DNA of 64,000 bases, from the NCBI RefSeq assembly GCF_001194135.2, contig NC_068986.1, forward strand, positions 90,039,747 through 90,103,746, written 5' to 3'. Shown here piece by piece: positions 26,801 through 39,745 of this stretch. Made by a program: the position numbers and the translations under genes. The notes beneath the pieces are model-generated. The model had not been told where the DNA came from and searched no databases. It was given only the letters and a program-made list of their open reading frames with translations. Numbering within the stretch: position 1 is the stretch's first letter; each line of letters starts with the position of its first letter. This DNA comes from Octopus bimaculoides. Its lineage: Eukaryota.

Positions 26801-29173
26801 TGTTGGACCTTATGAGAAATACACTGTGTAGACTCAACATATGGAAACATGGACAATAAACTAAGGATAATTACAATGATATTATTATTTCTTTATAAGC
26901 CACAATGATTCAATTACAGTAAAAACACTAACAGCTACCTTAGTTCACTTTGACTTTATCACAACAAAATAATGCTAAATCATAGAGTAAAAGGAACTGC
27001 AACAAGTGAAGAGAAACTAACTGGACTGATATTTACTTTTTCATAGCTATCACAAGGTACTTCATCTGATGCTCTACCAATTTTGCTACTTAATTTCCTA
27101 ATAAATAATTATTTCTAGTTTAGTCACACAGTCAGAAATTTTGAGGGAAGGGAAATAGTCAATTACATTGAACCTAGTACTGGACTGGTTCCATTACTTT
27201 ATTGATCCCAGGGAAATGAAAGAAAAAAGTAACTTCAACGGGACTTGAAAACATAATAGAATGAGACAACCGAATAAAGGCATTTTGTCCAATACTAACA
27301 ATCTTGCCAATCCAGAGCACTTTTGTGAGAGAGGATGTTAAATCAATCAAGTTGACACATGAATATTACAAGTACTCATTAATTACAAAAGGACAAATGG
27401 CAAAATCCAACCATGACACTGTCTTAAAACACACAATGTTTTGTTATAGATTTTTAGAAAGAAATACCATGTTGTGACATTCATACTTCTCTCAAAGGTA
27501 TTAATAGTATAGGATATATCACAGTTCCAACTGGGAATTAAAATTATGTTACACACTTAGCTCACTAATAACTTACCACCTTACTACACCATCTGCCCAA
27601 TCAATCTATTTTAAAAACTAAATTTGTCTGAATAAAAAGAGATATGTACAAGAGATGAACTAATTCTATATTAACTTACAGAGTATAATACCAAAGTAAA
27701 GCTGGGATTAAAGGAGATTAGGATAATAATGTGTATGTATTAAGTTAGTTTAGCTGAAACGGCCGATACTAATCATAATGTTTTCTGCACTTTCTAGTAG
27801 AAAAGAAAATTAGCTGTTGTTGCAGCCCCTACATCAGCCCAGACAGAGCAAGCAGACTTATGATCAAAGATGGTCTATCTCTGACAATCTTGTCTTTTAT
27901 TTAGCTATAAGTATCTTGGACTACATTATCAATATAACTTTTTTCTTTAAGATAGTAGAGAGAAATTTCACTTTTTCTAGTAAACTGAGCTATAACATAG
28001 AGACTCCCTTGTTGGCTCATGTAAAGATGATCTAAGACTTAAATGGAACAAAGGAAACTATGTTGGATGTTCAAAGAACTCTTGACATGCAAAAAAAAAA
28101 TGTCTTTACTGTGTTGATACTACTATTAAAGAGAAGACTAGAGGAAATAAACTTTGTTATTAAAATTATGGCACAAGAAAATCCATCCAACAACTTCATT
28201 GAAAGAACAGTGTCAATAATTTCTCCCATCAAAAATGGTGGGTATTTTTTTTAAATCAAAACTATTTTCATAAGCAGACTGCTTCAAATTTTGTGGGAGA
28301 GTACAGTTGATTATGATTATATTGACTCCCATCACAATTCAACTCTGATAATTAACCATTTCCAGATAAACTTAGTACCAGTTGAATTCCAAGATCAATA
28401 TAATGACTAATGATGACTGTTTCTAACATAAGCACAAAGCCTGAGCAAGAAGAAGTCAAATTATATTGTCTCTAGTACTTGATTGGTACTTCATCAACCT
28501 GGAAAGAGTGAAAGGATTAGTTGACCTTGGTGGAACTCAGAATGCTGAGTTGGAACAAATACCACAAGGCATTTTGTCCAACACTAACAATCTACCAATC
28601 CATCACCCTTAAATAAGTTCTTACGGAGGCAAAGGCCAGAAATTTGGAAGGAACGCCTAATCAATTGCATCAACCCCAGTTTTGAACTGGTACTCTATTA
28701 ACTCTACAAGGACAAAAGACAAATCTGACATATTAATTTCTTAGAATTAGAAGACTATGTTCCAATAGTTTTATTTCCATTTTGTTTGACAGATAGACCA
28801 GCAGTTCTCAAATGGACTACTAATAAGCTCTCATAACTAAATAGGGAACTATTTTACTCCCTAAGTCACCCTAATGAGAAAAAAATATAGCTTGCAACCA
28901 GATAATTCTACATCCTTTTGCCAATGTGCTAGACATGTTTCAAAAATTGAAAATACAATATTGAAAATGCTATATAAATGGTTGTGTGGTTAAGAAGTTC
29001 ATTTTGCAATCACATGATTACAGGTTCAGTCCCACTGTACAAAACCTTACACATGTGTCTTCTGTTACTTCTCAGGGCCAATCAATGCCTTATCAGTGAA
29101 TTTGGAAGATAGACAGAACCTGTGCAAAAGCTCACCATCTGTGTGTGAGTAGATATGCACGTGTGTGTATATA

Positions 29174-29225
<52 letters not shown>

Positions 29226-31248
29226 TATGTACATCTTAATGTTTGTCTTACTGATTGACAACTGGTGTTGATTTGTTTACAACCCCATAACTAAGCAGTC
29301 TGGTAAAGAGGCAGATAGAATAAGTACTACATTAAAAAATATGTAAGGCTCATTAATTATCTAAACCTGGAGATGGCCACAGTCTAATGATCGAAACAAA
29401 AGAACAGGAAAATTTGTCCATCCCTGCCCACCTCTTGTCAATTCTCATGCCAACCCATGCCAAGAGAAACACTTGAGATAGATTTTATTTACTAAAAAGG
29501 AAAGGTTATATTTAACTGACCAAATACATGGCAGTATTTTTCTAGTGATCAGAAATCCATATCTGCTGCACCAAATGTTACTGCATAAACAATACACATT
29601 GATTTCTCTCGTAACACTTTTTGCGTGGTAGAAAATATTAGCTTCATACACACACACACATTACTGGTGCTTATTTCTTTGACATCCTTCCAACTGGATC
29701 TAAATTCAACAAGCAGAGACCCTGTGTAGTCACTCGACTTGTTAGAAATATCAGTCCACTTTCCCTCATATCACACCATACCGTCTTTCAAAATAGATTT
29801 TTTTTTTTTTAATGCATTGAATAACGTAATCCTAGTTACAATATGTCTGAAAAATAAAACAGGAGGGACACTGCCGTAACGCCTTTGATCATAAGTGGTA
29901 GATCACGAACCACCAGCAATAAGCCAAATAACATTGTCAATATAGAACTGTATCTAAATTCAAAGGTGTGAAGTTCCAAATATGACATAGTAACACACAC
30001 ACACATCTGTACCAGTGGAAATAGTACACACAATCATATACTCTCTTTCTTACCATCTACCTTTCTGTAAGAAAGCAATCGATACATATTAAATCTTTTC
30101 TCCTTCGGCACTTTCATTCTATATATACAATATAGACATATTTACAAACGCCAACTGAATCGGAATCTCCATAGCCTAAAACGTGGGATTCCGTAAAAAA
30201 AAAAAATAATAAGGGGGGGGGGAGGTTCAGGTTACATATAGTCCGTCTCCGCCAGCAAAAGAGTAAAAATCATTAATTTCGAATGATCATATATATGATC
30301 GATCGTCTGAATTTTAATTGCCCTGCTTCATTTGAAATTTATATTCCAAAGAATTCTCAGACAGCGATTTTCTTTAGTAAACTTGGTTATTTTTTAAATT
30401 TATTTATTCATTTATTACATTGACATTACGGTGCAGCTTTTTTTTTTTTTCTTTAAGGGAGAGTATAACCATCTATGCGTTACCAAAAATGGTATCTGTG
30501 GCATAAAAGAAAGGAGCACTCTTAGAATCGAAAGCGGATGGCGAACGTAGTTCCCCATGAACTCCGCCTCGCAACCACATCACTTGTCACAAACATAAAT
30601 TATGTTGATGTCTTACAAACCCATTCCCAACGACAACAGCTGACAACGATAACAGGCTAAAACAAAATTTAAGAGATACATATAAATACCATGATATGCA
30701 CAATTTCATATCATGATAAGCTACAACAGCAAAATAAATATTAAATATGGTCACAAAATGCTAAAGAATGAAAGAGTTGAGCTGTCCTCAAAAATAGGCG
30801 TTAGCTTTAAAGAAGAACGGCCATAATACTTTAATCCCCCCGTCAGACAGCAAAGCATATTTTCTAAGACAATAAGATATAGATAATTGATTCAATACTG
30901 ATATACAACTTATATTTATTATATTATTATATCCACTCATCTCTTTCCTTGCTGGTGGATGAAAGACAATGTCGAAGCATTAACTGTATTTGAGAAGAAA
31001 AACGGACGGTTGCAATCTCCATAATGAAGCTTAAAAGACAGACGATTTATACGATTTCATCAATCTTACATACATACATGGAAATTGTTGACCGTCTTAC
31101 AAAGTCAAAAGGGTTCTGTGAATACAGAATACAATGTTTGAATACAGTATGCCTATCTCGACAGCATTAATTAAATGGATTTAAGCCGGAATCGCTCCAA
31201 TCTCCACGCAGCCTCGACTAAAGAATAATGACAAATCGAAAAGCTTAC

Positions 31249-31347
31249 ATCTTTTAACTTGCGACGTTGTTCCTTTTCTTGTCTCTCTTTTCTCATCTGC
31301 TCGAGACGAGCTTTCTTACGTTCTAACTCCGCTTTTCGGTCAGACAT
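31249..31347 (-). CDS. DYNC1I: Cytoplasmic dynein-1 intermediate chain, first coding exon (p150/NudE-binding N-terminal helix)
   Basis: Translates to MSDRKAELERKKARLEQMRKERQEKEQRRKLKD, closely matching the DIC N-terminus (fly MDRKAELERKKAKL...). It ends at a GTAAG donor, phase 0. Confidence 0.95.
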
Positions 31348-31637
31348 CTTTGTCCGTCAACCTGTGAGGATATCAGTGAAGATAATTTCTCAATACCCAC
31401 CACAGACGTCTCATCTACGGGAAGACATTACTCACAAGATGACGTCACTCCCCACCTCTTATTTAATATACAGAGCTAGCTAAACACTAATAACGAAATA
31501 ATTAGCATTTCACTTCAAATATATACTACAAATTATGCACATAATAAACGATGTACAGATTTTATATTTATATANNNNNNNNNNNNNNNNNNNNNNNNNN
31601 NNNNNNNNNNNNNNNNNNNNNNNNNNNNNNNNNNNNN

Positions 31638-31669
<32 letters not shown>

Positions 31670-32273
31670 ATTAAAATAACAAAAACTTTATTATATTTTG
31701 TTATAAAAATGTAAAACCTTTGAAAACTAAAACAACAATTTCTATTAAGAATTGGTTATTTTACTGATAAAAGTTGTTACTAAATATTCTAAATTAGTTT
31801 ATGGTAAAGCAAAATAAATTGCAGAAAGCAATATGAAATAAGAAGAAAAAAGAAAATTAAGCTGCTAGCTCACAAACGTACAGCTGTTATTATTTGGAGG
31901 TCACGTGATTGATGTGTGTTTCATAATAAATAAACGAAACGTCAATTTGACCCTCGATCACCTTGTGCCACGTGGTTGTAACACAGCAAAAGTTTTGTGT
32001 GGTCATCTAATAGTAACAACGACCACAACAGTAATGGACACAATGGAAATTTTGTAAGGAAAACAATAATTGATGCCAGTTCATAAATTGAACTTACTTC
32101 ACCGTCCCTTGAAGAATGGAAGCAACGTTCATCCATAGCTTGAATTGACTTCAGAAACAACAGAAATCCCTAAGCTAGGAACTATTTCCTTAGCATCTAA
32201 TGTTACTTTTTAATTATCTGTGATAATTGTGTTAATGATAATATTAAATTAAGCAGAATAATAAACGTTTACT
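31348..32273. promoter_or_regulatory. Putative bidirectional promoter between DYNC1I and SDHAF3
   Basis: The divergent ATGs are 926 bp apart, including a 62-N gap. The interval has TGACGTCA at 31440-31447, GTCACGTGAT at 31900-31909 and CCACGTGG at 31968-31975, and CpGs are visibly retained compared with the introns. Confidence 0.65.
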
Positions 32274-32453
32274 ATGGCGAGTAATCCAGGACATGTGAGA
32301 CGCGTAAAAGCCTTGTATAAAGCTATTTTGAAAATCCATCAGGGCCTTCCCATTCATTACAGAGCAATCGGAGACCAATATGTTAAAGATGAGTTTCGCC
32401 ATAACAAAACTTCAAACACCAAGCAAGCAGATATATTTATGCATGAATGGACG
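32274..32453 (+). CDS. SDHAF3: Succinate dehydrogenase assembly factor 3 (ACN9, LYR-family), exon 1
   Basis: MASNPGHVRRVKALYKAILKIHQGLPIHYRAIGDQYVKDEFRHNK...FMHEWT carries the LYK tripeptide and the GDQYVKDEFR signature. It ends at a GTAGGG donor, phase 0. Confidence 0.95.
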
Positions 32454-33499
32454 GTAGGGTCCTTTTATTCTTGTATGCGTGTGTGTTTGTTATTACACGG
32501 GCAAAGACAACTGAATGGGGTGTGTAGAAACACAGAATGATGGAGTTTGGGCACTGAAGAAAAGTTTCACCCCCACAAAAATTGGGTACTGATAAGGAAA
32601 GGGCAAAAAAAAGAATTTACTAGAATGGTAATTTCAGGTCTATGAAGCGTTAAAAAAAATTTATATTATAAGGTACAACTATTCTTAATAAATTCATGGT
32701 ATTTTGATATTTATAATTATTGGTGCTTATTTCAGAAAAATTAAGCCATTATCTACATAAATAAAAACATCCGTTATGCACGTACTACAAAGTAATGATG
32801 GCATGAAAGTAAAAGGAAATGTTTTTTTCATGAGAAAGAAGGGCTTGCTCCTAAGACGGATAAAGTTAATTTCAAACTGGAGACCTGGTTCAAATACAGC
32901 AGAGAAGACTCCATTGAAAGTACCCAAGTACAAGATGGTAATGTTAAAACAGCTAATGAATTAAATGTACCACCCAAGAATGCAACAGGCCCTCTAATAA
33001 ACTTCCGCAGTTTTTGTCTACCAAATTTCCCTCACAAGACTTTAGTTGACCCACAACTATGTTAGAAGACCTCTGTTCAGATTGTCACACTGTGGAATCA
33101 AACAGAAATTAGAGAATTTCAGTAGATTGTCATCTAGTTTAACATCATCAGCTAATCTTTGAGTATCTTTAGTGTAATCTACTCTGTTCTAAACTTTTGA
33201 GCCAGGTCTCTAGTCTTAGGATACTTTCTTCTCTCCTGCCCTTCTGCATCCAGAGACCCTGGAAGATATCCTCAAACTAGTCTGTCCTTCCTTCTTGATT
33301 AATGGGAAAAAAAAACTATGCCTTCACCCAGTTCTATTGAAGAATAAACTTTTAATTTTTCTCTCTAATCTTACAAAGGTTCTTAAATTTTTATGTCTAT
33401 TTTCCTGCTAACATAGTTTAGATGAATATATTATTGCTCCCCTTCAGTAAGCAACATCTTCTCCTCTCTAACATGGACTAATTCCAACAGGGAGATAGA

Positions 33500-34305
33500 T
33501 GAAGCTCTGTTACAGTGGAGAGAGCATGGTTTGTCAGTTCTTATTACAGTTGAGGATTGATGGAAGTAGAGATTATGGGACAATCTGTGTTCAGGTGTTA
33601 CTTTCAACTCTCTCCTTGATCAATCTGATCAATTTTTAAGGTGTTGCCTACTTTTTCTTGTGCAAAATTCTTGGGGGACTCAATTGATGCCCTGCCTACT
33701 CAGCCTTGATGCGCTCTGCATCTCCATCACACTCAGAATGGGTGCTGACGTCTGTAGGGGACTGAGATGTCGCTGTGGTAGGCCCCTTGATCCCACAGGT
33801 CTTCAGAATCTGTTATGCCACTTAAATGCTAGTCATTTCACTTGTCACACCAAGTTAAACTTAATCATTAAGTGAGCCCTGGCTCAGATTAATATCCCCT
33901 CAGTTCTGGAGCCAATAGGATTATCCAGAAGTGATGGGAAGCGATCAGATGGACTTACCCTCTGACCCTGGGTAAGATGTAGGTCCCTCATCTGGGATGC
34001 TACAGTCTGTCACTCTTTTGTTCCCTCCCACATCCTGGATGCTGCAGTAAATGGGAGAGTCGTTGCTTCTGTAACTGAATGGAACAAAACACTGAAGTAT
34101 CGGGACTTGGCAGTGAACTATCTCTTCCAATATGTGGTATTTGAGACATTTGGAAGGAATGGGCCACTAACGGTGAAGTTCTTGTCATCGTTGGCAGCTT
34201 GCCTTACAGAGAAGTTAGGTGATACCCATGAGGGTGCTTGATTTTTCCAATCCTCAGCCTCACTATCACCTGTGGTAATGCTGCAAGCGTGCTGGCTTGC
34301 TTCAG
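33500..34305 (+). mobile_element. Decayed CRE-clade non-LTR retrotransposon, 3' zinc finger and RLE domain, in the SDHAF3 intron
   Basis: ITLRMGADVCRGLRCRCGRPLDPTG...[41 protein letters not shown]...LIWDATV...KYRDL...FETFG...GNAASVL follows the CRE signature LEP.GL.R.DGKRPDG...WD.T...KY...ET.G...GNAAS. Confidence 0.85.
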
Positions 34306-34624
34306 TAAGTTCTGTTGAACCTTGTGTTGTGCAACCCATTGAAGCACTTGGTACTGCATTGATGTTTTTTTCTTTTCTTTTCTTTCTCACCTTTTTTTTT
34401 TTTACTTTGTCTTTCTTTTGTAAAATATATTATTGAAGCATTGTTTTATAACCAGTTGCCCTTCCTATCACTAACCTTTACCTGTTTTTCAAATAAGAGA
34501 TCTCTTATTTCATACCTCTTTGAAGGTGTAAATCAGTGGTCCTCAACAAGGGTCCATATGATCCTTGGAAGTTCATGTAAGATTTTGTTGTTAAAATTTA
34601 ATGTGCAATAAAATTGGTTATACT

Positions 34625-34936
34625 TCTACAATGCCAGTACCGCCTGACTGGCTCCCGTCGGATTTTCGAGCGAGATCGTTGCCAGTGCCCCTGGACTGGC
34701 TTGTGCGGGTGGCACATAAAAGACACCATTTCGAGCGTGGCCGTTTTCGTGCGGGTGACACGTAAAAGCACCCACTACACTCTCTGAGTGGTTGGCGTTA
34801 GGAAGGGCATCCAGCTGTAGAAACTCTGCCAAATTAGATTGGAGCCTGGTGTTGCCATCCGGTTTCACCAGTCCTCAGTCAAATCGTCCAACCCATGCTA
34901 GCATGGAAAGCGGACTTTAAACGATGATGATGATGA
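34625..34936 (+). mobile_element. RTE 3' UTR fragment with (GAT)n tail in the SDHAF3 intron
   Basis: GGAAGGGCATCCAGCTGTAGAAACTCTGCC...CATGCTAGCATGGAAAGCGGAC...GATGATGATG. Further fragments lie near 37800-38015, 45370-45520, 47285-47430, 52715-52870 and 57100-57230. Confidence 0.85.
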
Positions 34937-35893
34937 ATGCACAAAATATTTTAACAATTTTTTTTATACAATTCCTAAAAATATTTAATTATAAAAATAT
35001 TATAAGAATTTTTAAGCATTGAATGGTTATGAGAATTCATCCAAGTAACATTGGAATCAAAGGGATCCTCTGATTTAAAAAATGGTTGAGAAATACTGGT
35101 GTGAAGCAAGTAGATAATTTGTTGACAGGAGAAGCAACAACAACACTGCTCATAGTTTGTGATTTCCATAGAGCACAAATGTAAATTAACACACACACAC
35201 ACACACACTACAGGTGTTATTGAATTTCAATCCAGATTCACTCAAAAGTTTTAGTTGGCCCAGAGTTATAATAAAAGACACTTGCTCAAGGTGCTGCACT
35301 GGGGGACTGAACTTGAAATCACATGCTTGGGAAATGAACTTCTCAACAATAGAGCCATGCCAAATACCTATAAATTTAATGATTGCTAATATACCTAACG
35401 TAGTGAATCAGAAAAATTCTAACAGATTCATATTACACAAGAAGTGAGGAAATAAAAAAAAAACTCTATTGAGCTTAGTGATAAAAATCCTGAACAAGGG
35501 AGACAACCCTGAAATTTAAATTATAAGTAGAATGAGAGCACAAATGCAGTAGAGAATGAGTTTATCATTGTTAGGTATGACACTTGTAAACATGTTTCAA
35601 TTTTGTCAGACTTACTCATCAAAGCTTTGTCTTACCACTACATGTCAAATCCTAGATAACTGAGAAGTATAAATAGTCTGAGTGATAAACACAAAATGAT
35701 GTAACAACATAAAAGAATACCTGGAATTGTAGGACTGATTACTGAGGGATACCACTTCAGGGAAAATAAGTAGTTAAGCTTTAAACTAAAACAGTGAGCC
35801 TAAAACATTTTCTAATCAAAATTTAACACTCAAAATGAATACAGGAAAAAAAACTACTTGATTAATGATTGTTTACTTTTCTTTATTTTACAG

Positions 35894-36061
35894 AAATATT
35901 ATGTGACTATAGCTAAACAGCTCAGTCACAAAAATCGCACTGGAGTGATTGGAGAAAATTTGTCCTCAGACTTTTTGGATTGCTTTAATTCAGAACAACT
36001 TGGTCAACTCTATGAATTGTTCCAAGAAACACAGAAACCTCTACAAGAAAAGGAAAAATGA
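35894..36061 (+). CDS. SDHAF3: SDHAF3 exon 2 (to stop codon)
   Basis: Acceptor tttattttacag, peptide KYYVTIAKQL...EQLGQLYELFQETQKPLQEKEK-stop (human EQIGQLQELMQEATKP). AATAAA follows at 36166-36171. Total protein is 115 aa. Confidence 0.93.
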   Translation, partial: KYYVTIAKQLSHKNRTGVIGENLSSDFLDCFNSEQLGQLYELFQETQKPLQEKEK

Positions 36062-37219
36062 AACATCAATTGATATTTATTGCTTTTTGACAACAACAAA
36101 AAGTAGTTTTATTTATTTTTTTGCTACCAAACATGTTTCCTTATCCCCAGTGTTAAATTTTTTACAATAAATCCAACAGTATATTTAATTACTGTGAGGA
36201 GTGGAAAAGTTTGCAATTTTGTTATTTCTATCATTTAGTCAGGAAGAAAATGTAGTGCCTATGACCCCTTTAAGGCCTCCAAGATTAGTAAGACAGAGAG
36301 AGGAAGGTATCCTGAATCATGGTCTAAATGCATGCAACTGAGTGGACCCTATTAAATGCACTCAAAGTACAGGTGGTGATGTTAAACAAGATGATAAAGT
36401 CTATAACACAAATAGCCACAACAGGATCTGATCTCAGAATGCTAACAGTTGGAACAAATGCAAAGTACCTTGCCTGATATTCTTACATTTTCAGCAGTCC
36501 ACCACTCTAAATTAGTATTCAATTTATCAACTCCAGGAGGATGAAAGGCAAAGTTAATATCAGTAAGATTTGAACACAAATATAAAAACCAAAATAAATA
36601 CCACAAGGTATTTCATCCAATTTGTAAACTACAAAAATGAGTCTTGAAAATTCTTATTACAAAATATATTTTTTCCACTTTTCATAGCAACTAAATTTAC
36701 TGAGGCCTACAAAATTTCACAGATCAATAGATGTATAAAATTTTATGAGGAAAGTATCCTGAAACCAGAATCCTGGTTTGGGGATACTTTCCAAAATTAG
36801 AATATTGTTGACACACAGATCTTTAGCTAATATTTTCAAATTCTGGATTTCAATCTTTGAACTTTCAAGTTTTGATTGTCCCCATTTTCTATCTTGTCAT
36901 AGACTTGAACATCCTTTAAAGAATAAAAACTTTAAATGCTTTTTAAACTGTTTTGTCTTCAGTCAGTAATGGAGTGGATCAAAGCTTTTGATCAGACACT
37001 TCCAACATGTATTGAACAATGAGCTTTTTCACTGAAAATTTTACACAATATCTCTATTGTTACATTAAAGTTTATGCTCAAAGGTTTTCTACTTTTAGTT
37101 TTAATACTAAAACTATTATATACTTTCACTATTAATACTGAAACTATTATCTCACATATATATATGCATACAAACACATTCACACACAATATATATATAT
37201 ATGTATATGTATATGGTTG

Positions 37220-37642
37220 GTTGGCACTACGTTGAGGGTTCCAGTTGATCCGATCAACGGAACAGCTTGCTTGTGAAATTAATGTGCAGGTGGCTGAGCA
37301 CTCCACAGATACGTGTACCCTTAACGTAGTTCTCAGGGAGATTCAGCGTGTGGCAAGGCTGGCCCTTTGAAATACAGGTACAACAGAAACAGGAAGAAAG
37401 AGTGAGAGAATGTTGTAGTGAAAAAGTACAGCAGGGTTCGCCACCATCCCCTGCCAGAGNNNNNNNNNNGAAGAAAGAGTGAGAGAATGTTGTAGTGAAA
37501 AAGTACAGCAGGGTTCGCCACCATCCCCTGCCAGAGCCTTGTGGAACTTTAAGTGTTTTCGCTCAATAAACACTCACAACGCCCGCTTTGGGAATCGAAA
37601 CCGCGAGTCCGCTGCCCTAACCACTGGGCCATTGCGCCTCCA
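37220..37642 (-). mobile_element. tRNA-derived SINE (family A), antisense, spanning a 10-N gap
   Basis: Reverse complement of the family A sequence; about 66 bp are repeated on both sides of the gap. Confidence 0.88.
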
Positions 37643-39594
37643 ATATGTATATAGATGTATATGTATATATGCATATGTATAGATGTATATGTATAGACTT
37701 CAAGAATGCTCCGGGGATACTTGTACCAGCAGACAAAACAAGTAACATTTACACTGTTGATATTGAACTGTGTAAGTCTATGATTAGGAAGGAATTTCGC
37801 AGCAAACATAGGTGCTGATGCCACGTAAAAAGCACTCGTGTCCGTGCTGCGTAAAAGCACCCAGCACACTCTGTATAGTGATCGGCGTTAGGAAGGGCAT
37901 CCAACCGTAGAAACCATGCCAAAACAGACATGGAGTCTGAACAGCCCTTCATCTGGTCAGCTCTCGTCAAACCCATGCCAGCTTGGAAAACGGACGTTAA
38001 ATGATGACGATGACTCAATTACTATTTGTATTACTAGTGCACTTCCTCTTCCGATGTAATGTTTAAATTCACTGGTAATTGTTCAGTTTGGTTAGATTCA
38101 AAAAGTAAATATAAATTAAGGGGTAGATAAGTTAACTTTTTACACTACTTTTTACACAACATAAACACTGGCGACAACAGATTTGCCCCTTGGTACTACT
38201 AAAGCAGAGTGGTCCCGAACACGCAGTCGCGTGTCCGCGCTAGCTAGTCGTGAGTGGTCGATCCTATTATTTTTAAACTTCAAACTTCATTTGTTTTCTA
38301 TTTTGATAAATTCTCTGTTGAAAATTATATTTTTATATTTTAAATAATTTGCAATTTCAGAAAATATATTTTTATATTAAATTTGCGTTTTCTAATTTGA
38401 TAAATTCTACGGACACAAACAGAGGTGAACGAGTGATAGATAGATAGATAGATAGATAGACAGACAGNNNNNNNNNNNNNNNNNNNNNNNNNNNNNNNNN
38501 NNNNNNNNNNNNNNNNNNNNNNNNNNNNNNNNNNNNNNNNNNNNNNNNNNNNNNNNNNNNNNNNNNNNNNNNNNNNNNNNNNNNNNNNNNNNNNNNNNNN
38601 NNNNNNNNNNNNNNNNNNNNNNNNNNNNNNNNNNNNNNNNNNNNNNNNNNNNNNNNNNNNNNNNNNNNNNNNNNNNNNNNNNNNNNNNNNNNNNNNNNNN
38701 NNNNNNNNNNNNNNNNNNNNNNNNNNNNNNNNNNNNNNNNNNNNNNNNNNNNNNNNNNNNNNNNNNNNNNNNNNNNNNNNNNNNNNNNNNNNNNNNNNNN
38801 NNNNNNNNNNNNNNNNNNNNNNNNNNNNNNNNNNNNNNNNNNNNNNNNNNNNNNNNNNNNNNNNNNNNNNNNNNNNNNNNNNNNNNNNNNNNNNNNNNNN
38901 NNNNNNNNNNNNNNNNNNNNNNNNNNNNNNNNNNNNNNNNNNNNNNNNNNNNNNNNNNNNNNNNNNNNNNNNNNNNNNNNNNNNNNNNNNNNNNNNNNNN
39001 NNNNNNNNNNNNNNNNNNNNNNNNNNNNNNNNNNNNNNNNNNNNNNNNNNNNNNNNNNNNNNNNNNNNNNNNNNNNNNNNNNNNNNNNNNNNNNNNNNNN
39101 NNNNNNNNNNNNNNNNNNNNNNNNNNNNNNNNNNNNNNNNNNNNNNNNNNNNNNTTTTTTTGAATCTAACGTAAACAATGACCTCCGCTACAAAAACGGA
39201 GAAGACCACATAGAAACAATATACTACTACATCCTTCACCAAATATACAAATAATAAATCATCATTTTACTTTGAGTGACTTTTAAGATCAATTAAATTG
39301 GATCCGGAAATTTTTGTACATTCGGATTCTACATAGTAAATACTATATGCATAGAAAATTTCATTAAAAAATATTCATTTTTCTGAAAGTTATGACCTCC
39401 CAAAGTCTGGGGGGTAAAACCCTGTAGTTATGCCTTGAATTAATTGTCTTTCTATAGTATATTTTATTCTTTTATGAAACAACTCTTAGACTTTTTGTAG
39501 TCATTCGGGAATTTCCAGACAATGTAGTGTATATATTACGGAGATGTACTTGCATAGCAAGCGACCTGATCTGAGATCGTGTGCTGGAACGAAA

Positions 39595-39745
39595 ACAATT
39601 GCAGCGTGGAAGGTGTTTATAAGCCATTTAAAATAACACAAAAGAAGTCAGATTCACTTCAACTAAATTGAAACGTTGAAGTGAATCTGACGGCTTTTGT
39701 GTGTTATTTTAAATGGCTTATAAACACCTTCCACGCTGCAATTGT
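39595..39745. repeat. Fold-back inverted repeat, about 70-bp arms, 11-nt loop
   Basis: 39595-39663 matches the reverse complement of 39675-39745 except for a 2-nt indel and two mismatches. Confidence 0.95.

Noticed and set aside
37393-37535. About 66-bp direct repeat inside a SINE
   Set aside because: It flanks a 10-N gap exactly and is absent from the other family A copies, so it is an unmerged contig overlap.
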